Source: a virus (taxonomy: Duplodnaviria; Heunggongvirae; Uroviricota; Caudoviricetes). Taken from it: a stretch of DNA of 64,000 nt. The position numbers were made by a program, and so were the translations under genes. This document shows, piece after piece, positions 34,976-43,419 of this stretch. How positions within the stretch are numbered: the first letter of the stretch is position 1; the number at the start of each line of letters is the position of its first letter. The notes below the pieces were generated by a model. The model was not told the DNA's origin, did no database searches, and saw nothing but the letters and a program-made list of their open reading frames with translations. The stretch spans positions 12,575 to 76,574 of the IMG/VR virus record IMGVR_UViG_3300032144_000002; one strand, 5' to 3'.

Positions 34976-35235
34976 TTCTTCTTCCTGTAACGTTTGATCA
35001 GTATACGTACGATCTCTCGGCTGTCGACTTCTTTGGCGCCGTACTTGACCGCGAGCTTTCGCTTGCTACGGCATATGTCATAGTGCGGCATGTCTAGCCG
35101 TTTTAGCTGGAACCACTCGCGCTTCACGCCGATCTTGTCGGCCATAGCGTGCAGTTCTTCCAGCGTGTCGGCAATCATGTGGCACATGATCATGTAGCCG
35201 TAGCGATGCGTGGCGTTGTCTACGTAGACCGCCAT
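34972..35235 (-). CDS. DUF4031-like phage protein
   Basis: MAVYVDNATHRYGYMIMCHMIAD N-terminus typical of DUF4031. Confidence 0.4.
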   Translation of the reverse strand: MAVYVDNATHRYGYMIMCHMIADTLEELHAMADKIGVKREWFQLKRLDMPHYDICRSKRKLAVKYGAKEVDSREIVRILIKRYRKKK

Positions 35236-35280
35236 TGGCCCTCCTTGCTATGGAGCCTCTACTACCTCCGGCTCTGTCTG

Positions 35281-35496
35281 CTATGGACCGGCCGGCGCGT
35301 CGATGTAACCGAAGTCTCCGAACCTGCAACGCACTCGTGTGATCTGCTGATCGAGGTTCGTGCCATTGACCGGCGCACCGCCGCGAGCGACGCACTCATC
35401 AGCTAGCTGCTTCCACTGTTCGACAGTGAGTACGTCATTGCCGCCCTTCACGCAGGACGTCGCGGCCAGTGCCGCCAGTAAGAATGCGCGCCTCAC
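35281..35496 (-). CDS. Small putative lipoprotein
   Basis: LAALAATSC lipobox. Confidence 0.35.
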   Translation of the reverse strand: MRRAFLLAALAATSCVKGGNDVLTVEQWKQLADECVARGGAPVNGTNLDQQITRVRCRFGDFGYIDAPAGP

Positions 35497-36032
35497 GGCC
35501 GGATTGCCGAGCCGTCGTCGATGGACGACTCGAACTTCTGCAGCTCGGCGCGCGACTCGCGGTCATACTTGAGAACGGTGGCGATGTCGGGTGGCGTGTA
35601 GTTTGGTCCCTTCATCACCTTGCCGTCTTCGCGGTAGATCGGCTTGCCGTCGGCACCGAGCTTGCTCATGTTGGCGCGCTGGATTTCGTTGATGACCTTC
35701 TCGGCCGGAAAGCCGTGGATCAGGTTGGCGCCCTGCACCACGTAGTCGAGGTCACCGAGGGCGTCGGCGGCTTCGACGAGATCAACACGGTCGTCGTCCA
35801 CCACCGGCTGCACCACTACCGATGCATCATCGGACGTACCGTGAACCGTCGGGTCGTAGTGTACGTCGAGCCGGACGCCCAACGCTGCGGCGTACTCCAC
35901 GAGTTCTTCAGCGATGAGCTGAACGCGCAGCTTGCGCAGCGCCTTGGTCGCTGGCGTGTGCTCATCGGCGATCGGGTGGCCGAACGCTTCATGGAACTTG
36001 CGGACCAAGTTGATCGAATGCGGTTGATTCAT
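35493..36032 (-). CDS. MazG-family nucleoside triphosphate pyrophosphohydrolase
   Basis: VRKFHEAFG...LIAEELVEYAAAL and downstream acidic EAADALGDLDYVV, all-alpha NTP-PPase pattern. Confidence 0.6.
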   Translation of the reverse strand: MNQPHSINLVRKFHEAFGHPIADEHTPATKALRKLRVQLIAEELVEYAAALGVRLDVHYDPTVHGTSDDASVVVQPVVDDDRVDLVEAADALGDLDYVVQGANLIHGFPAEKVINEIQRANMSKLGADGKPIYREDGKVMKGPNYTPPDIATVLKYDRESRAELQKFESSIDDGSAIRP

Positions 36033-36063
36033 TATCTCGAGCTCCTGTTGGTGTTAATCATCT

Positions 36064-36285
36064 TCATGACATCGTTTCCGAATCCATGGCCCACAGATCC
36101 TGCTGGCGCTTTGGGTAGCCAGCGTCGCGCTCCTTCAGCCACTTGCATACACTCTGAGCGGCATCGGCAAAGCGGTAGACCATTGATACCCGTTTCATTG
36201 CGTTACTGCCTTTGGTCAGGCGCTTGAACACGGCAAAGCCGCCAGTCGGAACCGGCTGTACGCCGATCTGCTGATTGTAGTTCAT
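36064..36285 (-). CDS. Hypothetical protein
   Basis: 73 aa. Confidence 0.3.
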   Translation of the reverse strand: MNYNQQIGVQPVPTGGFAVFKRLTKGSNAMKRVSMVYRFADAAQSVCKWLKERDAGYPKRQQDLWAMDSETMS

Positions 36286-36288
36286 TTG

Positions 36289-36483
36289 TCACCCGGTGCA
36301 AAGATCGGTCTTTACGACGACGTACGAGTCTTTGTCAGTGGCTATTCGCTGTACGCTTTCGGCGTCTTCGACTGCTGCTTCTGACGAGTACAGGCCGGTC
36401 ACCACTACGCGGTCATCCCCACCATGAAGGCGTTCTATCTCTTGCAGTCGTCTGATGAAGTCTCTGAGATTCAGTGTCATCAT
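36289..36483 (-). CDS. Small hypothetical protein (MMTLNLRDFIRRLQEIERLHGG...), ATGA-coupled to polymerase stop
   Basis: Track ORF 36289-36798 extends spuriously upstream over polymerase 3' end. Confidence 0.3.
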   Translation of the reverse strand: MMTLNLRDFIRRLQEIERLHGGDDRVVVTGLYSSEAAVEDAESVQRIATDKDSYVVVKTDLCTG

Positions 36484-38444
36484 GCGGCCCTCGCCCAGGA
36501 TGTCCTGGAAGTTTTGGCGGTTGCAGTCATCGGCACGTTGAACTTCATGTCGCACATGGCCCGAGCAATACGCTTGCCGTACTTCTCGTGCGGTGCCATT
36601 GCCACGAGCTCGTCGTGCACCTGCACAGCGATGCGGGCTTCCGGTACTTGCTCTTTCACGTTGATCATACCCTGCTTGGTCACGTCGGCCGCGCTTGGCT
36701 GAATCTTGTAGTTGAGCATCTTGTACTCGAAGGTCATCCACCGTTTGAACTTCTCGCTGTACTTCGGCTCTTCGCAGTAGTACTCGCGGCCGCCCCATGT
36801 GCGCAGTGGCTTGTCGTGGTTGGCCAGACGCTTGAGGTCCTTCATGAGCCGGCGGATTCCGGGCACCGCGTCGAGGATGCCATCACGCACCAGCTTGGCA
36901 GTCTTCCTGTCGCTGTCCATGCCGATGGCCAGCTTGTCGACACCCATGCCGTAGATCAGACCGAACACCACGGTCTTGATCGCCTTGCGTGGAAAGTCGA
37001 GGCCCGTCAGATCCTTCACCAGCCCACGGCAGAACTCGTGCACGTCGAGGCTCGGGTTCTCAAGGTACGCGCGCATGAGCACGCCTTCCTCGAAGTGGGC
37101 AAGGATGCGCAGCTCTTGCTGGTCATAGTCGACGCAGATCATCACCGTGTTTTCATCCGGTATGATGAAGTCGCGTAGCCCGATGAACTGGTAGTCGTAC
37201 TCTTCCTTGAGGAAGGCTTGCATCTTCAGCAGCACTTCCTTGTTCTTCGACTCGTCGACGTTAGCGCTGATGTTCTGCAGGTTCGGGTCGCTGCTACTGT
37301 ATCGGCCCGACCGAGCACCACCGCCGCCCTCATCGTAGCCACGCACCTGATTGAACTTGGGCAGTAGCCGGTCGCCGGTGATCTCGCACTGCTCAAGCCA
37401 CGGGTGCATGAATGAGTTCAGATTCTTGTTCGCGACTGAACGCATCGCCAGCAGGTCGAGCAGCAGCGGGTCGTTGCATCCGTCGCGCAGGTTGGCGATC
37501 TTGGTGCTGACCTTGCCGGTAGGCGTGCGTGCTATGCGATCCAGCTTGCCAGCACGCATCATAGCGTCGGCCAGTTGTGCGCCGCTGTTGAGATTGAAGC
37601 CCTTCGGGTTGGCGTCGCTCTTCATGGCCTTCGGGTCGAGCCGCAGCTTCTTGGCTATGCGCCGAAGGATATCGCGGTCGAGTTCCTCGAAGACGCTGGT
37701 GGCCTTCTTCAGACGCTTGACGTCTATGCGGACACCGCTACGCTCCATCTCCAGCGTGATGGGCACGCACTTGAGCTCGCGCTCGTAGGCCTCGGTCATC
37801 CCGCGACGTTCGACCTCGGGCCGCATCTTCTTGTCCAGACGATAGGTCCGGTCCACGTCACCGAGCGCGTAAGGTTTAACGATATGCGCCGGCGCTTTGT
37901 CGATGTGCTCGCCCCATTTCGTGGGTTTCGCGCCCTTGACATTCTCAAGTATCCAGTCACGCAGGTTGTCCTGTTCTTCTGGTGGCAGGTCTAGTTCTTT
38001 CGCAGCCAAGCCTTTCAAGTCGAGTTCTGGTGCATGCGGGTCCAGAAGGAACGCTTGAAAGAGCGTGTCATCGTACCGCTTCGGCGGCTTCAGGCCGAGG
38101 TGGCACTCGGCAACGTCCATGTCGAATGCGCCGTGATGAAAGAGCACGCGATCCGCTTGGTAGGCATCCTTGATCTTTGAGCGTGCCGTTGCGATGTCAC
38201 AGTTGTTGCCTTCAGGGTGGCCCCACGCAAGGAACTCTTTCTCACCTGAAGGCCACCTAATCGCGGCGCTTACCGGCTTCGGCGGATACTGCGGACGGTT
38301 GTCGATCCTGCCCGTTTCAAAGTCGATAGTCGATGTTTCCATTTGGTCTCCGAGTACGAGCATGATCGCGAAGGTTGTGAGTGAACTTTCTTGTGCGCGG
38401 GTTGTATAGACAATCCGTCCATCCGATTCCAATAGCCCCGTCAA
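36480..38444 (-). CDS. Family A (PolA-type) DNA polymerase with N-terminal 3'-5' exonuclease domain; true start probably internal ATG near 38342 (METSTIDFETG)
   Basis: Motif A DYDQQELRILAHF, motif B RKAIKTVVFGLIYGMG, motif C VQVHDELV; exo I DFETG. Confidence 0.8.
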   Translation of the reverse strand: MTGLLESDGRIVYTTRAQESSLTTFAIMLVLGDQMETSTIDFETGRIDNRPQYPPKPVSAAIRWPSGEKEFLAWGHPEGNNCDIATARSKIKDAYQADRVLFHHGAFDMDVAECHLGLKPPKRYDDTLFQAFLLDPHAPELDLKGLAAKELDLPPEEQDNLRDWILENVKGAKPTKWGEHIDKAPAHIVKPYALGDVDRTYRLDKKMRPEVERRGMTEAYERELKCVPITLEMERSGVRIDVKRLKKATSVFEELDRDILRRIAKKLRLDPKAMKSDANPKGFNLNSGAQLADAMMRAGKLDRIARTPTGKVSTKIANLRDGCNDPLLLDLLAMRSVANKNLNSFMHPWLEQCEITGDRLLPKFNQVRGYDEGGGGARSGRYSSSDPNLQNISANVDESKNKEVLLKMQAFLKEEYDYQFIGLRDFIIPDENTVMICVDYDQQELRILAHFEEGVLMRAYLENPSLDVHEFCRGLVKDLTGLDFPRKAIKTVVFGLIYGMGVDKLAIGMDSDRKTAKLVRDGILDAVPGIRRLMKDLKRLANHDKPLRTWGGREYYCEEPKYSEKFKRWMTFEYKMLNYKIQPSAADVTKQGMINVKEQVPEARIAVQVHDELVAMAPHEKYGKRIARAMCDMKFNVPMTATAKTSRTSWARAA

Positions 38445-38661
38445 CGTCCCGTATCTCGTAGGTGCGCGACTGGAGTTCTACCAGTGGTATGTACCTGAAG
38501 TGACCGTAATGTATACCGTCAGTCCCGCGCGTACTCTGGTAGGCCCACATGCGATCTTTCGGCTGAAGCCAGTATCTCACCTGCTTGTCGATGCATCGTT
38601 CAAGCCACGCCTTGTCGCTTCCTTTGTATCTGCTGTGCAGCACTGACGGTATGTCTTCCAT
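38317..38661 (-). CDS. Hypothetical protein
   Basis: 114 aa, ATGA overlap with upstream NAMPT-like gene stop. Confidence 0.3.
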   Translation of the reverse strand: MEDIPSVLHSRYKGSDKAWLERCIDKQVRYWLQPKDRMWAYQSTRGTDGIHYGHFRYIPLVELQSRTYEIRDVDGAIGIGWTDCLYNPRTRKFTHNLRDHARTRRPNGNIDYRL

Positions 38662-40136
38662 CAGCGCGCCAGATCGGCCTCGGCCCTAGCCCTGATGTCC
38701 GCCAGCGTCTGGCACTTGGCAATGAAGTGACCATCAGCCCAGACCGGCGTCAGAAGTGACGGCTCGCTCATCACATTGCCTCTGCTGTTGATGCCGTCGA
38801 TCAGAGTGAGCTCGCCGGTATCCTTGCGGCGCACAACATGCAACCGCCCGATCGCCGACTTCTTGCCGGAGCCGGTGACAGGATCCTTCTGCATCATGTA
38901 GCCGCAGCCATCACGCATCGTCCATGTCGCCTTGATGGCGAATGAATGTACGTCACGCGTCGTGTACTGGTAGGTGTAGGAGCCGATACCGAACACCACG
39001 TTCGTGGAAGCGAAGCCCATGTACTCCAGCCGTTCACAGATGTCCTGCGCTCTGGCCTCGGTGATCGAGTCGCCATAGATGGCGCCGATGTGCGGATCGA
39101 GCACTTTGTAACCCTGCTCGTTTGTCGTACCACCGAACAGATCCCACAACGTCTGAATGACGCCGTAGTAGGCCGGCGATCCAGCTTCAGCTGTCGGGTC
39201 ACCGCAAAGGATGTCTGCAGGGTCACCGCTGTCTGGTCGGATCACCACCTTGCCATTGCGGGCCATGATCTTGTCCTTGAGCGTCGGCAGGATGTTCGTG
39301 AGAACATGCCAGAGATCCCAGGTATCCGACACGATCGACACGATGCCGACCGGGTACAGATCGATGATGCGCCGGTAGGTTTCGAGCTCATCGTCCTGTC
39401 CGCCGGCGCACATGACCGAGTGCTCCGTTGCAGGCACGCTGCCGCCGATCAAGCCGGTGGCGTCGTAGCTGGCCCGCAGCAGATCGATTGCCGGCAGACA
39501 GTCGGTGCCGGTGAAGAACAGGAGGTGGGCCATGCCTGACAATCCAGCGGCGTGGGCTCCTGGCATCCCGCGGAAGCTGAAGTCATGGCCTTGCCATTGA
39601 ACGCCGGCGTTGCTGCCGGTCGTCTTGATCGCCCACTTGTCGAGGATCTTGCGGTAGCGCGCGGCAGTAGTTGCCGACGTGCATGGCATCCACAGCTCCG
39701 ACGAGATCAGCGTCTCGAAGTAGTTGGTCAGCCAGAAGAACTCCGGCAGCGTGTTCTCGATTGTGAACATGGGCACGCCGAGCGGAACAGCGGTGCCTTC
39801 CGGCAGAGCACATATGCGCAGCGGCAGGTAGCCGAGGTCATGTAGCGCGCCGATGTGGGCCACACCAATGTCGTTCGGACCGAAGTATCCGTCCAGCAAT
39901 TCCTGGTATCGCTGCAGCACGACCATCTTCGGCTTCAGGAAGAACTCCTGTCGCGCCTTCTCCATGAAGTACTCCTGCAGGAAGTGCTGCAGGCCGAAGA
40001 AGGTGACGTGCGTCTGGCCGTTGATGCGCGAGCTGCGCGCGGTGTAGTTCGAGTACACGAACTGCGTGCCGGCCGGGTATTGGCGCCGATGGTCGAGCTT
40101 GTAACCATCGGTCAGGTGAATGAACTCAGGGGACAT
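38661..40136 (-). CDS. Nicotinamide phosphoribosyltransferase-family protein (NadV/NAMPT-like; may be NARP1 'Namat' nicotinamide ADP-ribose transferase)
   Basis: N-terminus MSPEFIHLTDGYKLDHRRQYPAGT and overall 491-aa length match NAMPT family. Confidence 0.8.
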   Translation of the reverse strand: MSPEFIHLTDGYKLDHRRQYPAGTQFVYSNYTARSSRINGQTHVTFFGLQHFLQEYFMEKARQEFFLKPKMVVLQRYQELLDGYFGPNDIGVAHIGALHDLGYLPLRICALPEGTAVPLGVPMFTIENTLPEFFWLTNYFETLISSELWMPCTSATTAARYRKILDKWAIKTTGSNAGVQWQGHDFSFRGMPGAHAAGLSGMAHLLFFTGTDCLPAIDLLRASYDATGLIGGSVPATEHSVMCAGGQDDELETYRRIIDLYPVGIVSIVSDTWDLWHVLTNILPTLKDKIMARNGKVVIRPDSGDPADILCGDPTAEAGSPAYYGVIQTLWDLFGGTTNEQGYKVLDPHIGAIYGDSITEARAQDICERLEYMGFASTNVVFGIGSYTYQYTTRDVHSFAIKATWTMRDGCGYMMQKDPVTGSGKKSAIGRLHVVRRKDTGELTLIDGINSRGNVMSEPSLLTPVWADGHFIAKCQTLADIRARAEADLAR

Positions 40137-40998
40137 TGTGAATCATCTCCAGGATCGGGTTGAGTGAATAGGTCGTGACGTTGTTCTGCTCGACGCTGAC
40201 GACCGGATGGTCGGCCACGGCCGGCATGCGATAGAAGCTGTCGGTCGTGTAGATATGCTTGTAATACTCCAGCAGCGACGACACGCCCTTGCTGAAGATA
40301 CCATGGCTGACGAAGAGCTCCAGCTCGGCGCCATGCTCCGCCACTTCTTCGCAGTGGAAGGCGTAAGCCAGCAGATTGAACGTACCGCCACCGTCGCAGA
40401 TGTCGTCGACGACTAGATACTTACCGACCTTGTTCAGTGTCGGTAGCACGTAGTTCGACAGCTTGCCGTCGCTCGGGTTGCGCTCTTTGGTAGCTTCGAT
40501 CAGCTTGGCGTTTGGGCAGTACGCTTCCATGAAATCGTGCGCCCTTGACAACGCGCCGTGGTCTGGCGCGATGACGAAGTCAACGTCTGGCCGCATCGGT
40601 AGCTTGAGGTCGGCCGGCATCCAGTTTGTGGGCCGCCAGTTGTACCCGTGCAGCGGCGAATGGATGTCGAAGACATGCACGTTGCGGCCCGAGTTGAACA
40701 GCCGTGTCATCATGCCCTTGGTAATCGGCGCGGTGCCGTCACTCTTGTCTTGACGAGCTGCCGGGCTGTACGGCATGAACAGCACTGGCTCGTAGCGCGA
40801 GCCTAGCAGTTCTCGTCTGCGATGCAACGCATCCCACACGCACGCACCAAGCCCAACGTCGTTCCATGTTCGGGCTTTCAGATGCAGAACCACTCGCTCA
40901 TCGAGCGGGATGTCAGGCAGCTTCGCGTGAGGCTCGCCGCCGGGAAAGAACAAGGTCTCCACACCGGAGGCCCCGTAGTCGTCACTGTCAATGATCAT
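40126..40998 (-). CDS. Ribose-phosphate pyrophosphokinase (PRPS)-like protein (may be NARP1 'Adps' ADP-ribose pyrophosphate synthetase)
   Basis: PRTase fold motif YLVVDDICDGGGTF and PRPS-like N-terminal half; overlaps NAMPT-like gene by 11 nt. Confidence 0.7.
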   Translation of the reverse strand: MIIDSDDYGASGVETLFFPGGEPHAKLPDIPLDERVVLHLKARTWNDVGLGACVWDALHRRRELLGSRYEPVLFMPYSPAARQDKSDGTAPITKGMMTRLFNSGRNVHVFDIHSPLHGYNWRPTNWMPADLKLPMRPDVDFVIAPDHGALSRAHDFMEAYCPNAKLIEATKERNPSDGKLSNYVLPTLNKVGKYLVVDDICDGGGTFNLLAYAFHCEEVAEHGAELELFVSHGIFSKGVSSLLEYYKHIYTTDSFYRMPAVADHPVVSVEQNNVTTYSLNPILEMIHNVP

Positions 40999-41437
40999 CC
41001 TTAACTCCGTCGGCTCTTACGCCGGTATTGAACAACACTCTTACAGCTCGATCGTCCCAAAGCTGGTGCATGTACTGGTCTTTGATATTCGTGATGGGTA
41101 GCTCGCGGCCGATGTGCTCTACGCACCACTTGGCAATGGCCGCCCGATTGATCTCCACGTTCATGGATCGGTTCAGCTTGTCAGCATGGCTTGACTTGGC
41201 ATCGAATGCCAGCGCGACGCGAGCCGTGAAGATGCGAACCTCGATGCCAAGTTCTAGCCATCGCTTGACGCGCGCCACCATTAGCGGTATCGGCCTACCG
41301 ATCTGTCCAGCCTTGTAGTCGCCAGACTCGTACTCGGCCAGCGTGCCATCAAGGTCAACGCCGATCCAGTCGCCCGGCTGCATGGTCCGCATCGAATCAA
41401 GTGTTCCGCGCACTGCCTCGTCGACTGATGTGCTCAT
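40988..41437 (-). CDS. HAD-like small phosphatase/nucleotidase (start at internal ATG MSTSVDEA)
   Basis: WIGVDLDGTLAEY resembles HAD motif I; track ORF start 41587 is upstream in GC-rich reading. Confidence 0.4.
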   Translation of the reverse strand: MSTSVDEAVRGTLDSMRTMQPGDWIGVDLDGTLAEYESGDYKAGQIGRPIPLMVARVKRWLELGIEVRIFTARVALAFDAKSSHADKLNRSMNVEINRAAIAKWCVEHIGRELPITNIKDQYMHQLWDDRAVRVLFNTGVRADGVKDDH

Positions 41438-41634
41438 ATGCCCCTGGCCTTCTCTTCTTTTATGACCTTCACAAAGTATTCGGTTGCCGCAGCGATACGG
41501 CGCAGCAGTCCGTTCTGCGCGGCAAGGCGCACGTCCATGGCTTTCAGCAGGCGCAGCGTTTCTGCCCGATGCGTGCAGTGGGGACACGGCCTTACGCCTT
41601 CAGGCTTCACCTGCGCGCACTCGTTGCAAATCAT
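41434..41634 (-). CDS. Small zinc-finger protein
   Basis: CNEC...CPHC. Confidence 0.3.
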   Translation of the reverse strand: MICNECAQVKPEGVRPCPHCTHRAETLRLLKAMDVRLAAQNGLLRRIAAATEYFVKVIKEEKARGI

Positions 41635-41948
41635 TTGGCCTCCTTGAAGCCGGGTATCTTTCGCCAGAATTCTATCGGGTGGTCATCAGAGTAAACCGCC
41701 AGCGCACGATTGTACCCCATGGCCTCACTGTCCCACTCTTGGAACCTGCGTATGTCGATGACGACAGAAGTGTACGGTATCTTTTGCGGCGACTTTTCCA
41801 ATTCAGCGAGCACTTCTTTGAGCGTTGGCAGCGGGCCGTACAGCTTGAGTGGCCATCTACCCGGCCTGACAGCCCAGTCGCTTGGTACTTCAAGAGTGCC
41901 AAGTATCTTCTTCGGCGCGCAGCAACATCTGACGTTGAGCGTAGTCAA
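41631..41948 (-). CDS. Hypothetical protein
   Basis: 105 aa. Confidence 0.3.
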   Translation of the reverse strand: MTTLNVRCCCAPKKILGTLEVPSDWAVRPGRWPLKLYGPLPTLKEVLAELEKSPQKIPYTSVVIDIRRFQEWDSEAMGYNRALAVYSDDHPIEFWRKIPGFKEAK

Positions 41949-42151
41949 CTGAGCACCACTGCGCCGGTCTTCGGCAAACCCTCCGGTCCGTGCCCGCCGT
42001 AGGTTGCCTGTGACTTGATCTCTGCGAAATCAACCGTGATGAAATCCGTGCCGTTTTCTGCGCACTCATTTAGGTAACCGACAGGCATGTCCTGCGGTAG
42101 TGTGCCCAGAAGCGCTATCAGCTCTGCGACGTTCATCGGATTGCCTTCCAC
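41945..42151 (-). CDS. Hypothetical small acidic protein
   Basis: 68 aa. Confidence 0.25.
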   Translation of the reverse strand: MEGNPMNVAELIALLGTLPQDMPVGYLNECAENGTDFITVDFAEIKSQATYGGHGPEGLPKTGAVVLS

Positions 42152-42354
42152 GTTCGCCGATCGGTCGGCAGCTTGGCCACCTCGGCCAGCAGCTCATCGA
42201 AGGTGTCGCCCTCGGCGTAGATCGCGTACCCGACTGGTGCGTCGGTCCACGAGTACAAGATATACTTGCCGCTGTCCTCGCGACTGATCGATGGCCCGCC
42301 GTACGGACCGCCGAGCGCCTTGTTAAGCAGATGTGTTTCGATCATCCCTGCCAT
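42133..42354 (-). CDS. Hypothetical protein
   Basis: 73 aa. Confidence 0.25.
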   Translation of the reverse strand: MAGMIETHLLNKALGGPYGGPSISREDSGKYILYSWTDAPVGYAIYAEGDTFDELLAEVAKLPTDRRTWKAIR

Positions 42355-42733
42355 TGCTGTTCTCCAGAAGCCCGAGCTCGTCTTCGATGCGGCTGTCGAC
42401 CACGGTGTCTTCGACTTTGTATCGCCGCACTACAAAGCCATGCTCACTCAGAGCGCGAACGCATGCTCTTGTGCGTTCGAGAATCGCCGCCAGCTCCGAG
42501 CCGTGAGCGGTGGCGAAGGTGTCATCCTGATGCGGTTGCTCACCGTCAGCCTCGCGTTTCCGCATGATCAGGTTCGCAAGCTTGAACCCGAAAGGCTTGA
42601 CGATCGCCGCTAACTTGTCACGGTCGGCGTCGAACACCGGATCCATCGTGACATGTGATTCGAAGTACAAACGCGCCTGATTCCCAGGTGCGAACCGACG
42701 GGTCTGTACCAGCTCTTGTACTGTCTTCTTCAT
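42323..42733 (-). CDS. Hypothetical protein
   Basis: 136 aa. Confidence 0.3.
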   Translation of the reverse strand: MKKTVQELVQTRRFAPGNQARLYFESHVTMDPVFDADRDKLAAIVKPFGFKLANLIMRKREADGEQPHQDDTFATAHGSELAAILERTRACVRALSEHGFVVRRYKVEDTVVDSRIEDELGLLENSNGRDDRNTSA

Positions 42734-42918
42734 CGCTTACTCCTTGTTGGTCTGCAGCGTCCTGCCAACGGACGCCACTTGCGACCGATGATTCGCATCC
42801 ATGCGTACTCAAGTTCAAGCGTCTGGGTCACGCCGCAGTTCTTGCAGGTTCGTTTCTCAGCCTCGATCAATGCCGAGGCCTTGCCAGAACTACTCGGCGT
42901 TTCCCATTCGTGCTTCAT
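42730..42918 (-). CDS. Small zinc-ribbon protein
   Basis: CKNCG...C. Confidence 0.3.
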   Translation of the reverse strand: MKHEWETPSSSGKASALIEAEKRTCKNCGVTQTLELEYAWMRIIGRKWRPLAGRCRPTRSKR

Positions 42919-43145
42919 GGCATGTACTCTGCCAGCTCACGCTCCGCGCGCAGGCGATTGTACCGGGTGTACAGACGCTTGATGAAGTCGCCGCGTCGTT
43001 CCGGCTTGTGCCTTCCGACTTCCGTTGCGAGCGCTGCCTTGAGCTCTTCCTCGTTCATGTTTGGCAGCGCCTGCAGTAGTTCGCGCCAGTTCGCCAGAAC
43101 CACGAGCGGCGCGTACTGCTCGCGGATCCTCACTTTCTTGGTCAT
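42915..43145 (-). CDS. Hypothetical protein
   Basis: 76 aa. Confidence 0.25.
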   Translation of the reverse strand: MTKKVRIREQYAPLVVLANWRELLQALPNMNEEELKAALATEVGRHKPERRGDFIKRLYTRYNRLRAERELAEYMP

Positions 43146-43191
43146 CTTGTCCTCCAGAGAAAGGCCCGGCTGTTACACCGGGCCGCCTTGC

Positions 43192-43413
43192 CTACTTCCC
43201 GTCTGTTCCGAGAGGCGTCAGCTCAGTGGTGAGCCGCGCCCTCATGAAGCAGTCCTTTGCTTCAAGGAGCTTCTGCATGCCGAGCGCCCTTTGCGGGTTG
43301 TCGGGCAGCAACTTCTCCATCTTGTGTGCCAGTTCGGATATCGGTGCGGTGATGTCCACCATCTTTTCTGGCACATGGTCGTAGCCGATGAAGAGACGTG
43401 TGCGCTCAATCAT
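43192..43413 (-). CDS. Hypothetical protein
   Basis: 73 aa. Confidence 0.25.
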   Translation of the reverse strand: MIERTRLFIGYDHVPEKMVDITAPISELAHKMEKLLPDNPQRALGMQKLLEAKDCFMRARLTTELTPLGTDGK

Positions 43414-43419
43414 AGCGCG

